Below the pieces are notes generated by a model that saw nothing but the letters and a program-made list of their open reading frames with translations, was not told the DNA's origin and searched no databases. From an uncultured Candidatus Saccharibacteria bacterium (GTDB lineage Bacteria > Patescibacteriota > Saccharimonadia > Saccharimonadales > JACQNP01): a stretch of 64,000 nucleotides of DNA. This document shows positions 63,209 to 64,000 of this stretch, piece by piece. Position 1 is the first letter of the stretch. Every line of letters starts with the position of its first letter. The stretch covers positions 38,846 to 102,845 of the forward strand of contig CAZPWF010000002.1 in NCBI GenBank assembly GCA_964590725.1, read 5' to 3'. Both the position numbers and the translations under genes were made by a program.

Positions 63209-64000
63209 CCTTCCTTAATAACTTTTGCTTAGTACTAACCCATACTGCAAAACAAACCGATAGGCTCGTTCCAATAAATAGCCAGAGTGCGTTTGGCCAT
63301 AGCCCTATGGTGACAAATCCGACCGATTTCTGGTTGTAGGTGTCATTTACCCCAAGGTAGCCGAAGACTGGTCTTTCGTACTGCTTGGTGATAGACGTAA
63401 CCTCAACGTAGTTACGAGTTGTTTCGTAGCCAGTAAAGTGAGCGATCACTGCCTGCTCATGAGCTTTATCTACCTGTAAACTCTTGAATAGCCCACCCGG
63501 GACCTGGTTATCTGGATCCATGGTGTCACCAATCTGGGGCATAATAAGGACAATTACCAGCCATATAACTAGGGCAATGACGAGCGCCGTACTGAGCTTT
63601 CTTGAGATTGATGCAATTCCCATTGCCAGGCAACTCCAAAAAAGCAGGTATACCCAGGACAAACATGCAACAAGTAGCAGTCGTAGAAAATCGACACCAT
63701 GAAGTGGAGCGTTGCCAATAATAATTAGTGAGCCTACTATAACGCTAAAGATACCGGCTACTGCCACTAACCACATGATAGCGAGCGCTAATACTTTCCC
63801 GGCTGCCATTGAATATTTGCCGAGCGGACGGCTGAACAACAACTGCAGCGTACCTCGTTGTTTTTCCTTGGCAATCATGCCGTAGCCAATAATGATGGCG
63901 AACAGGGCGCCAATAAGCTCTAGGTATTCAATACTGCCCCGAAGAAGTTGCAAGGCAAAGAGTTGGGGCTGCGGTAACACGGCATCTCCAGCGGCTTTGA
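63201..64000 (-). CDS. ABC-2-type transporter permease, 5'-truncated by the window edge
   Basis: The frame stays open to nt 64000. EKQRGTLQLLFSRPLGK is the hallmark ABC-2 (NosY-like) loop, and multiple TM helices are present. Confidence 0.6.
   Translation of the reverse strand, partial: KAAGDAVLPQPQLFALQLLRGSIEYLELIGALFAIIIGYGMIAKEKQRGTLQLLFSRPLGKYSMAAGKVLALAIMWLVAVAGIFSVIVGSLIIIGNAPLHGVDFLRLLLVACLSWVYLLFWSCLAMGIASISRKLSTALVIALVIWLVIVLIMPQIGDTMDPDNQVPGGLFKSLQVDKAHEQAVIAHFTGYETTRNYVEVTSITKQYERPVFGYLGVNDTYNQKSVGFVTIGLWPNALWLFIGTSLSVCFAVWVSTKQKLLRKDV

Noticed and set aside
1-64000. Alternative genetic code (UGA recoding, as in some candidate phyla).
   Set aside because: TGA terminates well-defined conserved genes at the expected positions (gatC, gatA, esterase). 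Conserved proteins are full length under code 11.
1-64000. CRISPR arrays, transposases or integrases, prophage or defence islands, rRNA genes.
   Set aside because: I saw no regularly spaced direct repeats, no recombinase or nuclease signatures typical of mobile elements or defence systems, and no rRNA-like sequence. The only repeated element of note is the duplicated CIRCE promoter module.

Overview
This window is a gene-dense, moderately AT-rich piece of bacterial chromosome using the standard genetic code. TGA is used as a stop codon, for example at gatC, gatA and the esterase gene. It is dominated by information-processing and proteostasis genes. In order: uvrB (5' truncated), gatC-gatA-[small TM gene]-gatB, galU, dnaE, a PilB/GspE-type ATPase, malic enzyme, rplS, rnhB-yraN, an M1 aminopeptidase, nusA, clpC-[HExxH gene]-radA-PIN/TRAM gene, a class A PBP, tyrS, recG, rsmD, tRNA-Leu(UAG), hisS, tig-clpP, rpoB-rpoC and a str-type operon (rpsL, rpsG, fusA, tuf). 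The window ends with a minus-strand envelope cluster: ABC-2 permease, anchored protein, membrane esterase and an aminoacyl-phosphatidylglycerol synthase-like gene. The gene content, protein sequences and many tiny membrane or secreted ORFs suggest a reduced-genome lineage of the Patescibacteria/Saccharibacteria type. That is only an inference, because no database search was possible. I found no rRNA, CRISPR array, transposase or integrase, and no long repeat. The points most worth a second look are these. (1) Three unannotated small ORFs fill unusually long spacers inside the rpsL-rpsG-fusA-tuf operon. (2) The RpoC (beta-prime) sequence has lost the cysteines of both canonical zinc sites, and the PilB-like ATPase has lost its tetracysteine motif. 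(3) Two perfect CIRCE (HrcA-type) operators enclose the -35 hexamers of the clpC and clpP promoters. (4) A -10 box sits 6-8 nt upstream of the start codon at many genes, implying leaderless mRNAs. (5) The TyrRS HIGH signature reads QIGN. All coordinates and motif calls were made by eye from the sequence, so family assignments need HMM or BLAST confirmation.
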